64,000 nucleotides of DNA from Octopus sinensis (Eukaryota). Numbering within the stretch: position 1 is the first letter of the stretch; every line of letters starts with the position of its first letter. The notes under the pieces were generated by a model that had not been told where the DNA came from, did no database searches, and worked only from the letters and a program-made list of their open reading frames with translations. The translations under genes were made by a program, and so were the position numbers. The stretch spans positions 6,553 to 70,552 of the forward strand of contig NW_021835459.1 in NCBI RefSeq assembly GCF_006345805.1, written 5' to 3'. Of this stretch, positions 12,333-26,123 are shown piece after piece.

Positions 12333-13073
12333 TTACGCACACATATATACATACATTCACTCGCATGCACGTACACACACACGCACACACACACACACAT
12401 TTACATATATATATACTATACACTCACACACACATACACACGTACAAACACACACAAACTCACTTACACACCGACAGATATAGCACAATATACACCTATC
12501 CGCGCACGCACACATACACACAAACACATACAAACGCACACATACAAACGCACACATACACGCACACACATACACGTACATACATACACTCTCACACAAA
12601 TGAACCCACATATACATCCTTACACACACACACGCACATACAAGCAGACAGGTACTAGGTTAAACAGTTTCTCGCCACTCACCCACACTCTACGCATACA
12701 CACACGAACACACACACACACACACTACAAACAACACACACGCATGATACATATAGCCTTTGTTTTTTTGACCCGGCTTTGACCTGGCTTGACACAAACA
12801 GCCAGTAGTCATCACAACAGCTGGCTTTGTCATTGTCTTTATTCACCAAAAATACACACACACACACACACACACACGCACGCACAAACACACTTGTCAT
12901 CTTGCACACACACACACACACACAGGCATTCCTTTTTTTGGAACTCTCCTGCATTATAAAACCATATTTCGACTACCTTCAAATTCTCTTCTTTCAACAT
13001 GTGATCTCTTAAGCACCACCAGCTCAAATATTTTCTCCTCTGTCTTCCCTCCTTGGGATCTTTCCTTCTCCTT

Positions 13074-13108
13074 GTTTCCGACGAAGAGCTCCGCTCGAAA
13101 CATTAAAC
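13074..13108 (+). ncRNA. Minimal hammerhead-like motif (U4C core variant), cleavage stem decayed
   Basis: GTTT-CCGACGA-A-GAGC tcc GCTC-GAAAC-ATT-AAAC; same repeat family as 58023-58057. Confidence 0.5.
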
Positions 13109-13210
13109 CCTCCTTCCCTTCTTTCCTGAGCGTCAATAATACTTTAATTGTTCCACGTCCTGTGTTGGTGTGTTTTTTCTTCTTTTTTTTCTGTGTTTTC
13201 TTGTTTGGAT

Positions 13211-13245
<35 letters not shown>

Positions 13246-13474
13246 ATATATCTGTGTATGTGTGTCTTTGTGCCTGTGTTTGTCCCTTCCTCACTACTTG
13301 ACAAATGGTGTTGGTGTGTTTACGTCCCTGTAACTTAGTATTTCACTAAAATAGAATGATGGAATAGGCACTAGGCTTAAAAATAAGTCCTGGAGTTGAT
13401 TTGTTCGACTAAAACCCCTCAAGGCAGTGCTCCTGCTTGGTTGCAGTCAAATGACTGTAACAAATAAAAAAATG

Positions 13475-13514
<40 letters not shown>

Positions 13515-13555
13515 CTACTGACAATATATGTATATATATATATGTATATATATAT

Positions 13556-13605
13556 AACTACTGACAATATATGTATATATATATATACATATATTGTCAG
13601 TAGTT
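13556..13605. repeat. Perfect 50-bp palindrome with no spacer
   Basis: aactactgacaatatatgtatatat / atatatacatatattgtcagtagtt. An extra direct copy of the arm begins at 13513. Confidence 0.9.
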
Positions 13606-14921
13606 CAAATATTCAAAAAGAAGCACACTTTAAAACAATAGCGTAGTAATATATTTTTTAGGAAGTTGAAAATCAGAAGTTATGGGCGGTCAAAAGGTGA
13701 CCATTGGTTTCACACCTATAAAGTGCTAAGCAGTATAGGCAACTCATCAGACTCAAATAGCTGAAGGTGCATAACCTCTCTAGAACTGGAGGAAGAAAAA
13801 AGTAATGGTCAGTTGGTTTTGTGAATAAAAGATAATTGTCTGTGTTGTGGGATGAGGTTAGTGGAACAGTGTTATACCCTTTACATGGACTCTGGCCATG
13901 GTGATATTTGAAGGAGCCGTGGTGGAACTATTCAACAAATGGGGAATTCTAAGTCTGAAGTATGAAACATTTTAGATGCGGGCATTGACTGAATACTTCT
14001 TTCCTGGAGTTTAAAAGGTCACTGGGTCAAGCGAGGTCTTTTAGGATTCTTGCCCTCTCAGCCAAGCAAAGCTTACATCATTTGCTCCTGTTTATATAAA
14101 CTCCTGGTTGTTCAAGGAGCTTCCATTTAATCATGTATAGGATTTCTTTTTCTTCTAAGCATGACACATGGCTGTCCAGGAATGTGATATTGCACCTTCC
14201 TGGTATCCTAAAAGAAGACGTGTGGTTGTTCATGAAACCAAGCCAAATCAGGGTGGAATCTGATGTAGCTCTCCAGCGTTCCAGCTCTGGTCAAACTGTC
14301 CAACCCATGTCAGTGTGGATGGAAAGCAAGCATTAAAGGATGATGATTATGAGGATTTATATATGTGTATGTGTGTGTGCATGCGCATGCATGTGTGTGT
14401 GTATAAGCCTGTGTGCATGTGTGTGTGTGTCTTTGTCTTGACAGTTTACAATGAGTCTAAACAAGCATCATCATCATCATAAAAGTAATGTATTTCTTTT
14501 CCAGTCTTGCATGAAAATCATGTCTGCTCAAAGGAAAATATTACCTTGCTTGGAAACAGGTGAAAGCTAACAACATGAAGGGTTTGTGACCTGGGAAAAT
14601 CTTCGTCAATAAATTCTGTCTGACCCAAGTAAGCATGGAAAGTGGGTGTTAAAAAGATGATGGCAATGAAGATGATGATGATGATGATGATCAAAACATG
14701 GTCAGCCATAATTTTCTTCTAAATGTTGAACTTTTAAAAATCTCAATGATCAGTGCACCAAATAATTTTAACTTTTCATGTGAAATGGATTAATGATTTC
14801 TTTTGATTGATCTCCAGTGTGCAACAACGTCAACAGCAATTGACAATTACTGTGGAAAGGTATGATTAGAGGTGAGATAGATTTGGTTGTTATTTCTAGC
14901 ATGTTGAGCTATCACGTAGAA

Positions 14922-15241
14922 TAGTGGTTCTAAACCACGGTCCATTTGGCCCTGCGGGTCCATATAAGATTTTTGGTGGTCCACACAAAATAATAGTATT
15001 TTAAGGGCCCCTGAAAAAATTTGCTTTAGATGTATGTACTGATGTGTATTACAAGAAACAGCTAGGTTCCATTCTCTAACAGTTTAGATAATTCAAACTA
15101 CAAATTAAAGCATGAAAACATTAATAAAAAACATTCTATAAAACAAATCTTTAAACATTAAATGGCTGTGGGGGGGGGGGTTCCTGAATAAAATAGTAAT
15201 CAAAGGGGTCCATAGATAAAAAAAATGGTTGAGAACCCCTG
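14922..15241. mobile_element. hAT-type MITE
   Basis: TIRs tagtggttctaaacc / ggttgagaacccctg; 8-bp TSD acgtagaa (14914-14921) / acatagaa (15242-15249), one mismatch. Confidence 0.8.
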
Positions 15242-16245
15242 ACATAGAAGGTCTCTCATTAGTTTCTACCTTACTTGTACACTACCTTTGACTGTGATGG
15301 TTAACCTTTTTCCGTGTATGGTCATGCTTCATTACCATCCTTGACCACCCCTGCTTGATGGCTATATTTGACCACCATCCTCAAATACATAACAGAATTA
15401 TCAGTAATCAAGAAACTATTTTATGATTTTCATATTTATAAAAATCAGTGCCAGTATTTCATTTTTTTGTATTTACACCTAAACATAGACTTAACAACCT
15501 TCTTCCTTTCTTATTTTTAGAGCCAACTCTCTCTCATGCCTCTTCTGTCTCTTCTGTGTTTCTGTTTTCATATCTCTTTTCATTTTTCCTCTCTATCTCT
15601 CTTACTTGCATTCTCTATCTCTCTATCTCTCTCTCTCTTACAGTCACACATTGTACAGAGTGTCAGTCATCAGGGGACATTGAAATCTCATATTTGCATA
15701 ACTTGGAGGTTAATAGTCTATAACAATGGTCCGCCCAAAATAGGCAGTAATGACCCCACCCTGTGGGGGAGGGGTAGTGGAAGGATCCGGGGGTGGGTGG
15801 GATGGAGGCATTGAAGAAAAGTGGAGCAATATAGTGGGTTGGCCAAAAGGGGGTGATGGAGATAAAAATCCCAAATTAGCGGATTAATTAAGTGAAGTTT
15901 TATTTGTGCTTTGAATTTGCTTCAGAAAGTGGTCTATGTTTGTGGCAGTGAGGTGAGAGGAGGCGTTAGGAATATGACCTGGGTGCCAAGTGGGTGGCAG
16001 CCCCCAAAAGTTTGAGGATACTTATCTACAAGGTGTCGATCTCCAGCAGATACAACTCACTTTTATAGTGAAGTTTTTGGGCTTTTTTTATATTGCTCAG
16101 GAGGTAAAGGCAGTGCCTGTAACCATTTATAGGGTCCACAAGATTAGTGGGATCAATGGAGGAAGGTAACCTCAAATTGGATATTTAACCTGAATGCCTG
16201 TAAAGAATAGAACTTTCATTCCTTGACTAAATAATATATGTATAT

Positions 16246-16639
16246 GAGTGGCTGTGTGGTAAGTAGCTTGCTTACCAAACACATGGTTCCGGGTTCAGTC
16301 CCAGTGTGAGGCGCCTCAGGCAAGTGTGTTCTACTATAGCTCCAGGACGACCAAAGCCTTGTGAGTGGATTTGGTAGACGGAAACTGAAAGAAGCCTGTC
16401 GTATATATGTATGTGTATATATATATGTGTGTGTGTTTGTGTGTCTGTGTTTGTCCTCTACAACATCACTTGACAACCGATGCTGGTGTGTTTACATCCC
16501 CGTAACTTAGCAGTTTGGCAAAAGAGACTGATAGAATAAGTACTAGGCTTACAAAGAATAAGTACTGGAGTTGATTTGCTCGACTAAAGGCTGTGCTCCA
16601 GCATGGCTGCAGTCAAATGACTGAAACACGTAAAAGAGT
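16246..16639 (+). mobile_element. Family A tRNA-derived SINE, full length
   Basis: gagtggctgtgtggtaagtagcttgcttacc...ggttcagtccc...gatagaataagtactagg...cagtcaaatgactgaaac...aaaagag. Confidence 0.9.
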
Positions 16640-16654
16640 ATATATATGTGTGTG

Positions 16655-16708
<54 letters not shown>

Positions 16709-17839
16709 CATACATACATACTTACACACATATATCCACACACATACACACACACATTTATGCATTTTTTGTTTGTGTGTGTGTGTGTATGCATAGTTTG
16801 TGTTATCACTTCCTAATTTACAACAATAGGAATTCTCCCATTCTGCTACCAGTTGTGAATGACATCTGCTAAGGAGTTACCAAACAAGTCTTGTTTGAAT
16901 ATATAAAACTGAACCACGTGATTTGCACCTCGTGCAGCTGATCCATTTCCTGTATTACAGCCATTATTGTTTGCTTTTTGCAGTATCTCGTGTCTTCTGT
17001 TGAAATCTGTGACAGTTCACAGAGGTAGGTACTAAATTTCTCGACTGTCTTCAATCACTTACCTACTTTAAAAACCAAGCAAAATGCTGCTAGAAAGCCA
17101 TCACCTGTACTTGAAGCTGAGAAGTTCGTACTTGTCCTGGTCCACCAAAGACTGAACTGTGGTTTTGTTGCCACATGTAACTCTGCGACACAAGTTTATA
17201 AGACAGCTCGTGTTCCCTCATGTTTTAGAGCTTGTGCCCTAGCTCTGACAAATGTTACCTTCATAGTCTGCATTGGTGAAATGATTGGGAATCATTCTCA
17301 CTGCTGGTGTATTGCTTTTATTAGTTGCCTCTTCTGTTGCTAATTAGCTCTCCTCTTCAATCTACTTCGCTCTAACACAAGCTCATTACAAAGCACAATC
17401 AATTCTGATGGCATCAACATTTTGAGGGCACCCTACCATCAGTTGTTGATGATAACTCTGTCAGCTGCTGCTTAACTAATTCACTACTCCAATCCCTGTA
17501 GTGTTTGTGCACCAGTCTAGACACAGTCAGCTTCCAGCAAATAGTTATTGTCAGTGGGTCCTTAGTCAATCATGCATATCATAAATTTGTTGTCTGTGTT
17601 GCTGACCAGTTAGAATTGTAAACCTCCTGCATTGTCTCTAACCAGATAGTGCAGATTGTTCAGAGGATGTGTAGGGCGTTTTGGTCAAGCAAAAGCTCTG
17701 CCCTAGATATGCCCTGGATGACTTGACGAGGTTTTTCCATGACTGCAGTGGTTATCTTTGAAATCCTGCCACTACTTGTTAACAGGTAGTGGAAATATCT
17801 GAGCAAGTTTTTGAGTCTTTTGCATCCTCTTCTCCTGTG

Positions 17840-17914
17840 TCTTCTACTATAGCCTCGAGCCAACCAAAGCCTTGTGAGTGGATTTGGTAGACGGAAACTG
17901 AAAGAAGCCTATCG

Positions 17915-17946
<32 letters not shown>

Positions 17947-18185
17947 ATACATATATGTATGTGTTTGTATATGTTTGTGTATCTGTGTTTGTCCCACCAA
18001 CATCGCTTGACAACCGATGCTGGTGTGTTTATGTCCCTGTCACTTAGTGGTTCGGCCAGAGAGGCCGATAGAATAAGTACTAGGCTTACAAAGAATAAGT
18101 CCTGGGGTTGATTTGCTCAACTAAAGGCGGTGCTCCAGCATGGCTGCAGTCAAATGACTGAAACGAACAAAAGAAAAGAGAAAAG
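17840..18185 (+). mobile_element. Family A SINE, 5'-truncated
   Basis: Same body and tail as 16246-16639. Confidence 0.85.
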
Positions 18186-18191
18186 AAAGAA

Positions 18192-18222
<31 letters not shown>

Positions 18223-18225
<3 letters not shown>

Positions 18226-19080
18226 GGTGCGATGGGTAAATTGTCACCATTTTATACTTTTAGTTTCGCATATGTACATTGTTTGTTTTTGATTTTGTTG
18301 ACTACACAGTTTAGTAGGGTCAGTAAGAAAAACAACACCATGACATAATTCACACTGCCAAAAATTTGGAAACAACATGCTGTACTGCTTGGCATTCAAA
18401 CTAGAAGCTCCAATACGAACATTTCAGAGTGTTCGGGTGTCAATCTGAGGACATGTACCAAGAGCGATAAAAATCAAGCATCCACTCAACATCATGGTGT
18501 TCAGAGTGATCACTAATAATGGCGATGTTATGCCGCCATTCATCTTCCCACACGGCTTCAGACTCAACATGGAGGCCTACATCAAGTGCCTGGAGGAGGT
18601 AGTGCTGTCCTGGGTCAAGAGGATGGCTGTTGGAAGACTCTGTGTCAAGCATCAGGACTCTGCACCATGCCACACAAGCAGGAGACCCAGTCATGGCTGT
18701 CAGACAATTTTTGTGACCACATCACCCCTAACATCTGGCCACCTAACTCCCCAGACTGCAACTCTCTTGATTATTACGTGTGGGGCACAGTTGAGTGAGA
18801 GACCAACAAAACTCCTTGTAACACCAAAGATGAACTTAAGTTAAGGATTATGGCAGCATTCACCAACATAAACAAGGAGAACATCCAGAAGAGTTGCAGG
18901 AGATTCTGAAGTCATCTGGAGGCCGTGGTTGAATCCAATGGCGATTTTATTGAATAAATTTACTCTTTGGTATTTGAAAATATTTTTGTGTAACTTAGGT
19001 AAATATATCTGCTAAAATGAGATGTCAGTATTATTTTAATTTTTGTGTAATTTAGACGACAGTTTATTCACTGCACCCTG
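18223..19080 (+). mobile_element. Internally deleted Tc1/mariner element, maT (DD37D) type; transposase pseudogene
   Basis: TIRs agggtgcgatgggtaaa / attcactgcaccctg followed by TA. Remnant MVFRVITNNGDVMPPFIFPHG, QDSAPCH, WPPNSPDCNSLDYYVWG; 37 residues separate the last two aspartates. Confidence 0.9.
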
Positions 19081-19774
19081 TATATATATGTACATACATG
19101 CACTCAGTGGGCTTCCAAGCAGTTTCCATCTACCAAATTCACCCCCAGGGTCTAGAGTAGGAAACACTGGCTGAATGTGCTGTGCAGGGGGGCTGAACTC
19201 AAAACCATATGGTTGCAAACTTAGCTTCTTAACCATACAACCATTAATCTGATAATCAACTAAGCCAACTTTAATTCCCAATATCTTATTAAAATTAATT
19301 TTGTCTTTTTCTTGAGTGGTAGAGTAGCACTTTCTTATCTCAGCTCAAGGCCACATATTTATAAAAGGAGGGAAGAGAATTGTGTGATTTGCAAGCATTT
19401 CTTGAAGGCATTAAATTTCTTAGCAACATAAATAAAGTTAAGTTAATTAACTCTCACTGGGATTTAAAAGCTCAACTGAACTGCTGTGGGAGTCTCTACT
19501 TGGTCATTGATCTGCTAGAAATGGAAGAAAAAATTCCCCTCAAGATCATTAGCATTTTAAAAAAAATTGGTCATATTGGATAATGTAGAACTTGGATACA
19601 CTATCTGAAAAACAAGATGCTATAGTGGCTAATAGACTGCATGGTTTAGAATTTTGCTTCTCAAACACATGGTTTGGGTTCAGTCCCACTGCATAACACC
19701 TTGGGTAAGTCTTCTACTATAGCTTCCACAAGCCAACCAAATCTGTGTGAGTGGATCTAGTCAACAGAACTCAT

Positions 19775-19808
<34 letters not shown>

Positions 19809-21320
19809 TGTGTGTGTGCACGTGTGTGTATGTGTGTGTATTTGTGTCTCCACATCTTGACATTATGTGATAGTTGTAAACAAGTGTCCCTGTCATACAA
19901 GTGTCATTCATTTCCAATCTCTCATGAAAATTATTCCCATCAAAGGGAACTTTTACCTTGCCAGAAAAACAAGCGAGGGTTGGCAACAGGAAAGACATCC
20001 ATCTGGTCGTAGAAAATATGGAAGTATGGAAAAATGGATACTAAAACGATGGTGTGTGTTTAAGTCATGACTAGACTACTTTGATCATAGTTCTACCTGA
20101 TAAGGCCCAGCCTGGGGCTAATCAACAACACACAAACTACAATGACAATTAGGTCAGAAGATTCTTATCTGTGCTCAAAGCTTATCTTTGTACCTTCTGG
20201 CATTCTGCTGCTGGCTGCAATCCACTACTTTATTTTATTAACTAATCCTATTACATTTTCATACATTGAAATTAAACATATCTTTTTATACATTTGTCAA
20301 CATAGCGTGAGCCTTTCTTATTAAATAAACTACAACACAGGCAACTCTGAAACGTGTCTGCTTAAACCCCACCTCTTGAAGCACAGTTGTTTATCTGCAA
20401 CCTCATCGTTTGCTGTCACTAGGAATATGATATACAGGATTTCTTCTTAACTGAGTAAACAACTTAATAAATGAAATAAAATAAAATAAAATAAAATAAA
20501 ATAAAATAAAATGGAAGTACAGTTGTACAGCTGTACAGTGTTTATCTTAATTCTATTAATATATATTTGATATAGTGTAATTCCCTCCTCTTTTTCTTCT
20601 GTTTTTGTATCTTCTGCCCTTTCCTCCATCCTCTCTGTCTCTCCTCTCTCTATTTTTCTCCTCTCTTCTCTCTCTCTCTAGTTATCTATCTCTCCACACT
20701 ATCTAGCTATCTTCCTTAGCCTTAGCAACACCTGTGCAATTAGTTTTGACTCCCAATAACTTTTATCTCCTGAAGTATATATTCATTACCTTTTTCTCTC
20801 TCTAGTAAAGTCTGACAATAGTGCCAACACACACCAAGCATTATATGAATGATATCAACACACACACACACTGGATTTGGTTCATCGAGTGTGTGACCTA
20901 CCCTACAAAAAGAAAACAAAAAAAACCGAACAAAAAGAAATCTTGTTTGCTTTTTCTTTTCTTTTTTTTTTCCTATTTATTACAAAAATATCTCCTGACT
21001 TCACTTTTGTGTTCATTGACCAAGAAAAAGAGAACAAAAGCACCTTCCACTCTCACCATCACACAATAACCACAACCCACCACCACCACCACCACCACCA
21101 CAACAACAACAACAAGAACAAGAACAACAACAACAAATAAACATTCAGCATAATTCAGTGTTTTTTTCTTTTTAAATAATTATGATACATATAGTTGGGT
21201 AAAAATGCACAACTAAAAAAGAAGTGGTTCCTTTGTAAATAAATAACTGTAAAGCCATTAATTTTAGTGAATGCAAATCAGAATAACAACACAGTGGTTT
21301 GTCCTAGTTATTTATTACTT

Positions 21321-21690
21321 TACCAAGGACTCAGTTTGTATTTTCAATGATATTTATTTATTGCTTAATCAGGCAGGTCAGACCATGCTGGAGCCCAGGT
21401 TTCTTACTACAAAGTGAAAATCTCTTTTACCAAGGTCTCAATGTTGTGGTTTCAATGATTTTAATTTATTGGTAACTCAGAAGGGATGGACCATATTGGA
21501 GCTTGGTTTCTAATTACAAAGCAAAGTGCTCAGTTCTGTGGTTTCAGTGCTTTTTTTATTTGTTGCATACACAGGAGGGACAGACCATACTGGAGCCCTG
21601 CATTCACACTACAAAGTGAAGGAACCTTATACTTAGGATTCAGTTTTGTGGTTCCAGTATTTTTTATTTATTGGTTATCCAGGAGGGATG
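21321..21690. repeat. Diverged tandem array of about 4 units of 94-108 bp
   Basis: Recurrent ctcagtt-gtggtttca...atttattg...cagg-gggacagaccat-ctggagccc...actacaaagtgaa; matching junctions at 21373, 21481, 21575 and 21683. Confidence 0.8.
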
Positions 21691-22187
21691 GGTTGTGCTC
21701 TCAACTCTTTATAGGACCTCTAAGACTGGTGGAAGGAAGAAAAGAAGGTATCCTTAAACTGGCAAGCAGGCTTGAGTGCTTGCAACAGTGTGAATTCCAG
21801 TAAAAACACCCAGATGTCAGGTGACGGTGTTAAAATGGATGACAGATTTAGTCTACCACCCAAGTAAACCATGGTGGGTTTTGAACTCAGAATGCAAAGA
21901 ACTGAAACAAGATGCAGAAAAACATCTTGTTTGAGGTTTTAATGAGTTTGACAGTCAACCACGCTTGAGTGATACGTTATGTATTGGCCCAGAAGGCTGA
22001 AAGGTGAAGGCAACTTTGGTGGAATTTGAACTCAGAAGATGAGGATCCATAATAAATACCATAAGGTACTTTGTTCGATGATTTAACACCTATGCTATTT
22101 CCCTGCTTGAGGTCAAACTCCAAATATGAATGAGCGATAATCTTGATGAAGATTAAGGATATTTGTGTTTAAAGATATTTCTCTATT

Positions 22188-22422
22188 TCTTATTTCTTTA
22201 TTGCCCACAAGGGGCTAAACATAGAGGGGACAAACAAGGACAGACAAAGGGATTAAGTTGATTATATTGACCCCAGTACGTAACTAGTGCTTAATTTATC
22301 AACCCCAAAAAGATGAAAGGCAAAGTCAACCTTGGTGGAATTTGAACCCAGAACGTAACAGCAGACAAAATACCGCTATGCATTTCGCCCGGTGTGCTAA
22401 CCGTTCTGCCAGCTTGCCACCT
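22188..22422 (-). mobile_element. Family C SINE, full length
   Basis: Reverse complement of the 11062-11294 type. Confidence 0.85.
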
Positions 22423-22669
22423 TATTTCTCTATTTCTATGTGTTTCTTTACAATTTTTGTTTCCTCCACAAACCTATAGTATAATGACATTTAAAGATAA
22501 AGCATTATTTTGTATAATGAATTGAGGGAATATGTTGAATGTTGGACAAAATACTTTACAGTATTGAATTGTATTCCTTTACATACTGAATTCAAATACT
22601 ACCAAAGCCAACTTTGCCTTTCATCCTTCTAGGAGTTTAATAAAATAAATTGTCCCTCAAAGTTGGTTT

Positions 22670-23220
22670 GGTGACAGCTGAGTAATAGACAACCAGATGA
22701 CAGGATAGTTTGAAGATAGGACAACTAAGTGGCAGTATAACTAGGTGATAGACAATTGGGTGATATGACTTCTGGGTGACAGGATAACTGAATGACAGAC
22801 AAGTGGGTGATAGCCAAGTAAGTGACAGGGCAACTGGTTGATAATATAACTAAGTGACAGGATAACTGGGTGATATGACAACTAGATGACATGACAGTTG
22901 GTTGACATGACAATTGGGTGACATGACAATTGGATAATAGACAGCTGACAAGACAACTAAGTAACTGGTCAACTGGGTTATAGGACAATTGGGTGACATG
23001 AGAATTGGGTGCTAAGACAACTGGGTGATAGGACAACTGGGTGATTGGACAACTGGGTGACAGGACAACTGGGTGATAAAATAAGTGGGTGATGTGACAG
23101 TTGGGTAACTAGACAACTGGATGACAGGATAATTGGGTGACATGACAATTTGGTGACAAGGCAACTGGTTAACAGGATAAGTGGGTGACAGATAACTTGG
23201 CGAAAAATAACTGGTGACAT
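22670..23220. repeat. Degenerate 15-16-bp minisatellite (consensus about gacaactgggtgatag)
   Basis: Many tandem diverged units directly visible. Confidence 0.9.
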
Positions 23221-23733
23221 TAAAAATGAGTAACAATTAGTTTGGTCAATTAATATCTGAATTAATTGTGCTACTAGGGTATAATAACCAAGAGGTATAA
23301 TTGTTGATGTTTAACTCCTAATCAGCTCTAATGAAGGTCATTCCAGCTGTAACCACCCTTTGTTTTTCGGTCTGAAGTATATTTTTAAAAAAAGATGGTC
23401 ATGTCTGGAATGTTTTTTTTTTAATCAACAACAACAGCAATAGCAGCAACAACAATGACAATAACAGTAACAACAGCAGCAACAATAGTGACAACAATAA
23501 CATCATCATCATCATCATCATCATCATCGTTGTCGTCATCATCATCAACAACAATAATAACAATAGCAACATTGCTTATACCTCTTGCCAATTAAATCTC
23601 TGTGGCCCCAAACACTTTGGTTTTCCATTGACCAAGCTAATCGGCACCTGGTTATGCTGTTGCCTAATCATCTTTCATCTATTTGTATGAATGATTGTAA
23701 TCATAATTGAAATCAAATATTTCTCACAGGTGA

Positions 23734-23803
<70 letters not shown>

Positions 23804-24724
23804 ATATGTATATGTATACGACCTTGTATGAACATTAGAAATATCCTTTGTTACCCATAAAATTCAATTCACTGTTACATTATTATACAGACCAATAATA
23901 CAATTGATCTCATATTACGTAGTTTTACCACTGGTTACTATCAGGTGAATTCTATAAATCTTTGAAGCTCTTTTGTTTTGTGAATACATGATCTAAAATA
24001 TGAATAAAGTATCAGGTAACAATATAAACATTTTTTTTATGGCTTAGTTTGAATAAGTGCTATGGCTATGGCCATGAACTTTCTCCAGGTTTCTAAGACT
24101 TGTGGGGGTAAAGTCTTAGGTCTAAGCAACTATTGCACAGCATGATGTGAAGGTACATGACTTAGCAATTAGTTCAGTTTGTGATTGTATGATCAAAGGT
24201 TTAATTCATGGGTGAGATAGTGCACTGTATTCTTAAGTAAGATACTTTATTTCCAGTTGTTCCAGTCTACTCAGCTATAAATGAGTAGCTCCTCTACCCT
24301 GGATATTAGTGCAGCACACTCTCCTTCCATGTCACATCCTGGATATTCTCCAGTATCAAGGGTAAGGGGACTGAGGATTTTAGGTCCTATGTAATTCATG
24401 ACTACATAGGGCCTAAAACAAATAGCAAAAACATTGTACATGTTTCGTTTTTTGATTTGGTTTGCAAGATTTTTTATATGAGTTCGTGTGTATATTCTGT
24501 TGTGCTTGGGGAGAGTCATTTTCTTTTTCTGCCTTATAATTTAGCACACTCACTGGTAAAATTTTGCAATGAAAATTTTAGGAAAATAAAAATAAGAAAT
24601 AAGTGGTGAGTGTGTTAAATTATAAGGCGCAAAAATAAAATGACTCTCCTCAGACACAACAGATTGTACAAAGTGAAACTTGGCTTCAAATTTTGGGAGT
24701 GGGGTTAAGTTAATTACAATAACC

Positions 24725-24875
24725 CCAATGTTCAACTGGTACTTATTTTATCAATTCTGAAAGGATGAAAGACAAAGTCAACCTTGGCAGAATTTGAACT
24801 CAGAACGTAAAGGTAGATGAAATGCCGCTAAGCATTTTGCCTGGCATACTAATGAGTCTGCCAGCTCACTGCCTT
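24725..24875 (-). mobile_element. Family C SINE fragment
   Basis: ggatgaaagacaaagtcaacc...gaatttgaactcagaacg...gccagctcactgcc. Confidence 0.75.
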
Positions 24876-25770
24876 GTGAAAATTACTCATGAGTGATGGT
24901 TTGTTATCCTGTAGAGTGATACAGTTCAATTTATTTGCTGTAGGCAGAGGCAGTACTACAATTCATTAACTTAATAGTTCTGAGTTCAATTCCCTTTGGA
25001 GAAAAACTATCAGTAATAAACTCACACAAATCCAGAGTACAATTTATTTCTCTTCTTCTTAAAGATAACAGAAACTGGAGCTGACTTCCACCCTTCATAC
25101 AGTACAAAAAGTATTTATTAGTTTATATTTAGCTTCAAATTGGACTAGCTGTTTGACCTATTCACCTGTTTATTCATATTCCTAATGTTTCAATCCTTCC
25201 ATGATTCTCTGATGTCCATAGTCTTTTTTCTTAATTTTAGTTTCATTAGTTTAGTATCAAATTAATGTAAAATAAAATTTTATCTGAAATTAGCATCAGT
25301 CTTCCTTGGGTATCAAAACCAGAATAATGGCTACAATTTTAACAATTTTATTAGTTAGGTGAACTGAGATACATAAAATCAAGTGCGTAATTTTAGCTAC
25401 ATGTGTGGCAGAATCCACTTTACTATTAATTTTTCATGCAGCAGATGTCCCTTGATATATTTTCCCAGTCGTTCATTTCTGATTTTTGCTTTGTGTTCAG
25501 TCACAAAAAAAAATCTCCAAAACCTAATAAAATTTATATACCGTTCCAGTCGTTCTAAAATTGATAGTAATAGTTTGACTATGTTTTGCTAATGAAGACA
25601 AGTAAGATCAAAATATAGCTGATGTTACCATATTGATAATGATCAGATTTATATCCCACTATATTGTGTAATTAATAAATTTTAATTAATTTAAAATTTC
25701 TTGACTCATAACATCAAATATATTAACATCTGCTTTACTACAGAGTCCACCATAAAGTCCAGTATTTGTT

Positions 25771-26123
25771 GTGGTGTCGTATCTTGTGTGCCTCAATGAT
25801 CCTGAGAGCTTTGCCAGGGGAGCACAAGCTCTTGGAAGGGGTCTCCCATGTTGAACAAGTCAAAGGATAGAGGCTAGACTAATATGGACCACTGCTTCGC
25901 AGAGATAAAATGGGTTTGCATAAGGCCTACATCCCTAGAAAACAGCAACATTATAGAAAAAGTGATGACAATTCAAAACCAATAAAACCTAGGAGAGGAA
26001 GGCCTTCTGTCAGGAATGAGTGTAACTCCTATACTGAGGAAGAGGCCCTGCAAAGACAGCTCAGAGTTGAGAAGAGTGGAGAAAAGTTATCAATGAGCTG
26101 TGCTCCACAGGGAGTGAATTAAG
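25771..26123 (+). mobile_element. Probable bipartite RTE derivative (5' UTR-like part joined to 3' end)
   Basis: The first part resembles RTE 5' UTRs (cttgtgtgcctcaatgatcctgagagctttgcc...cccatg..caagtcaaagg). The end resembles the RTE terminus (agagtggagaaaagttatcaatgagctgtgctccacaggga). Recognition is from memory. Confidence 0.5.

Noticed and set aside
15764-15806. G-rich tract with G-quadruplex potential
   Set aside because: It needs a 14-nt loop to reach four G3 runs and lies in probable MITE debris; no functional evidence.
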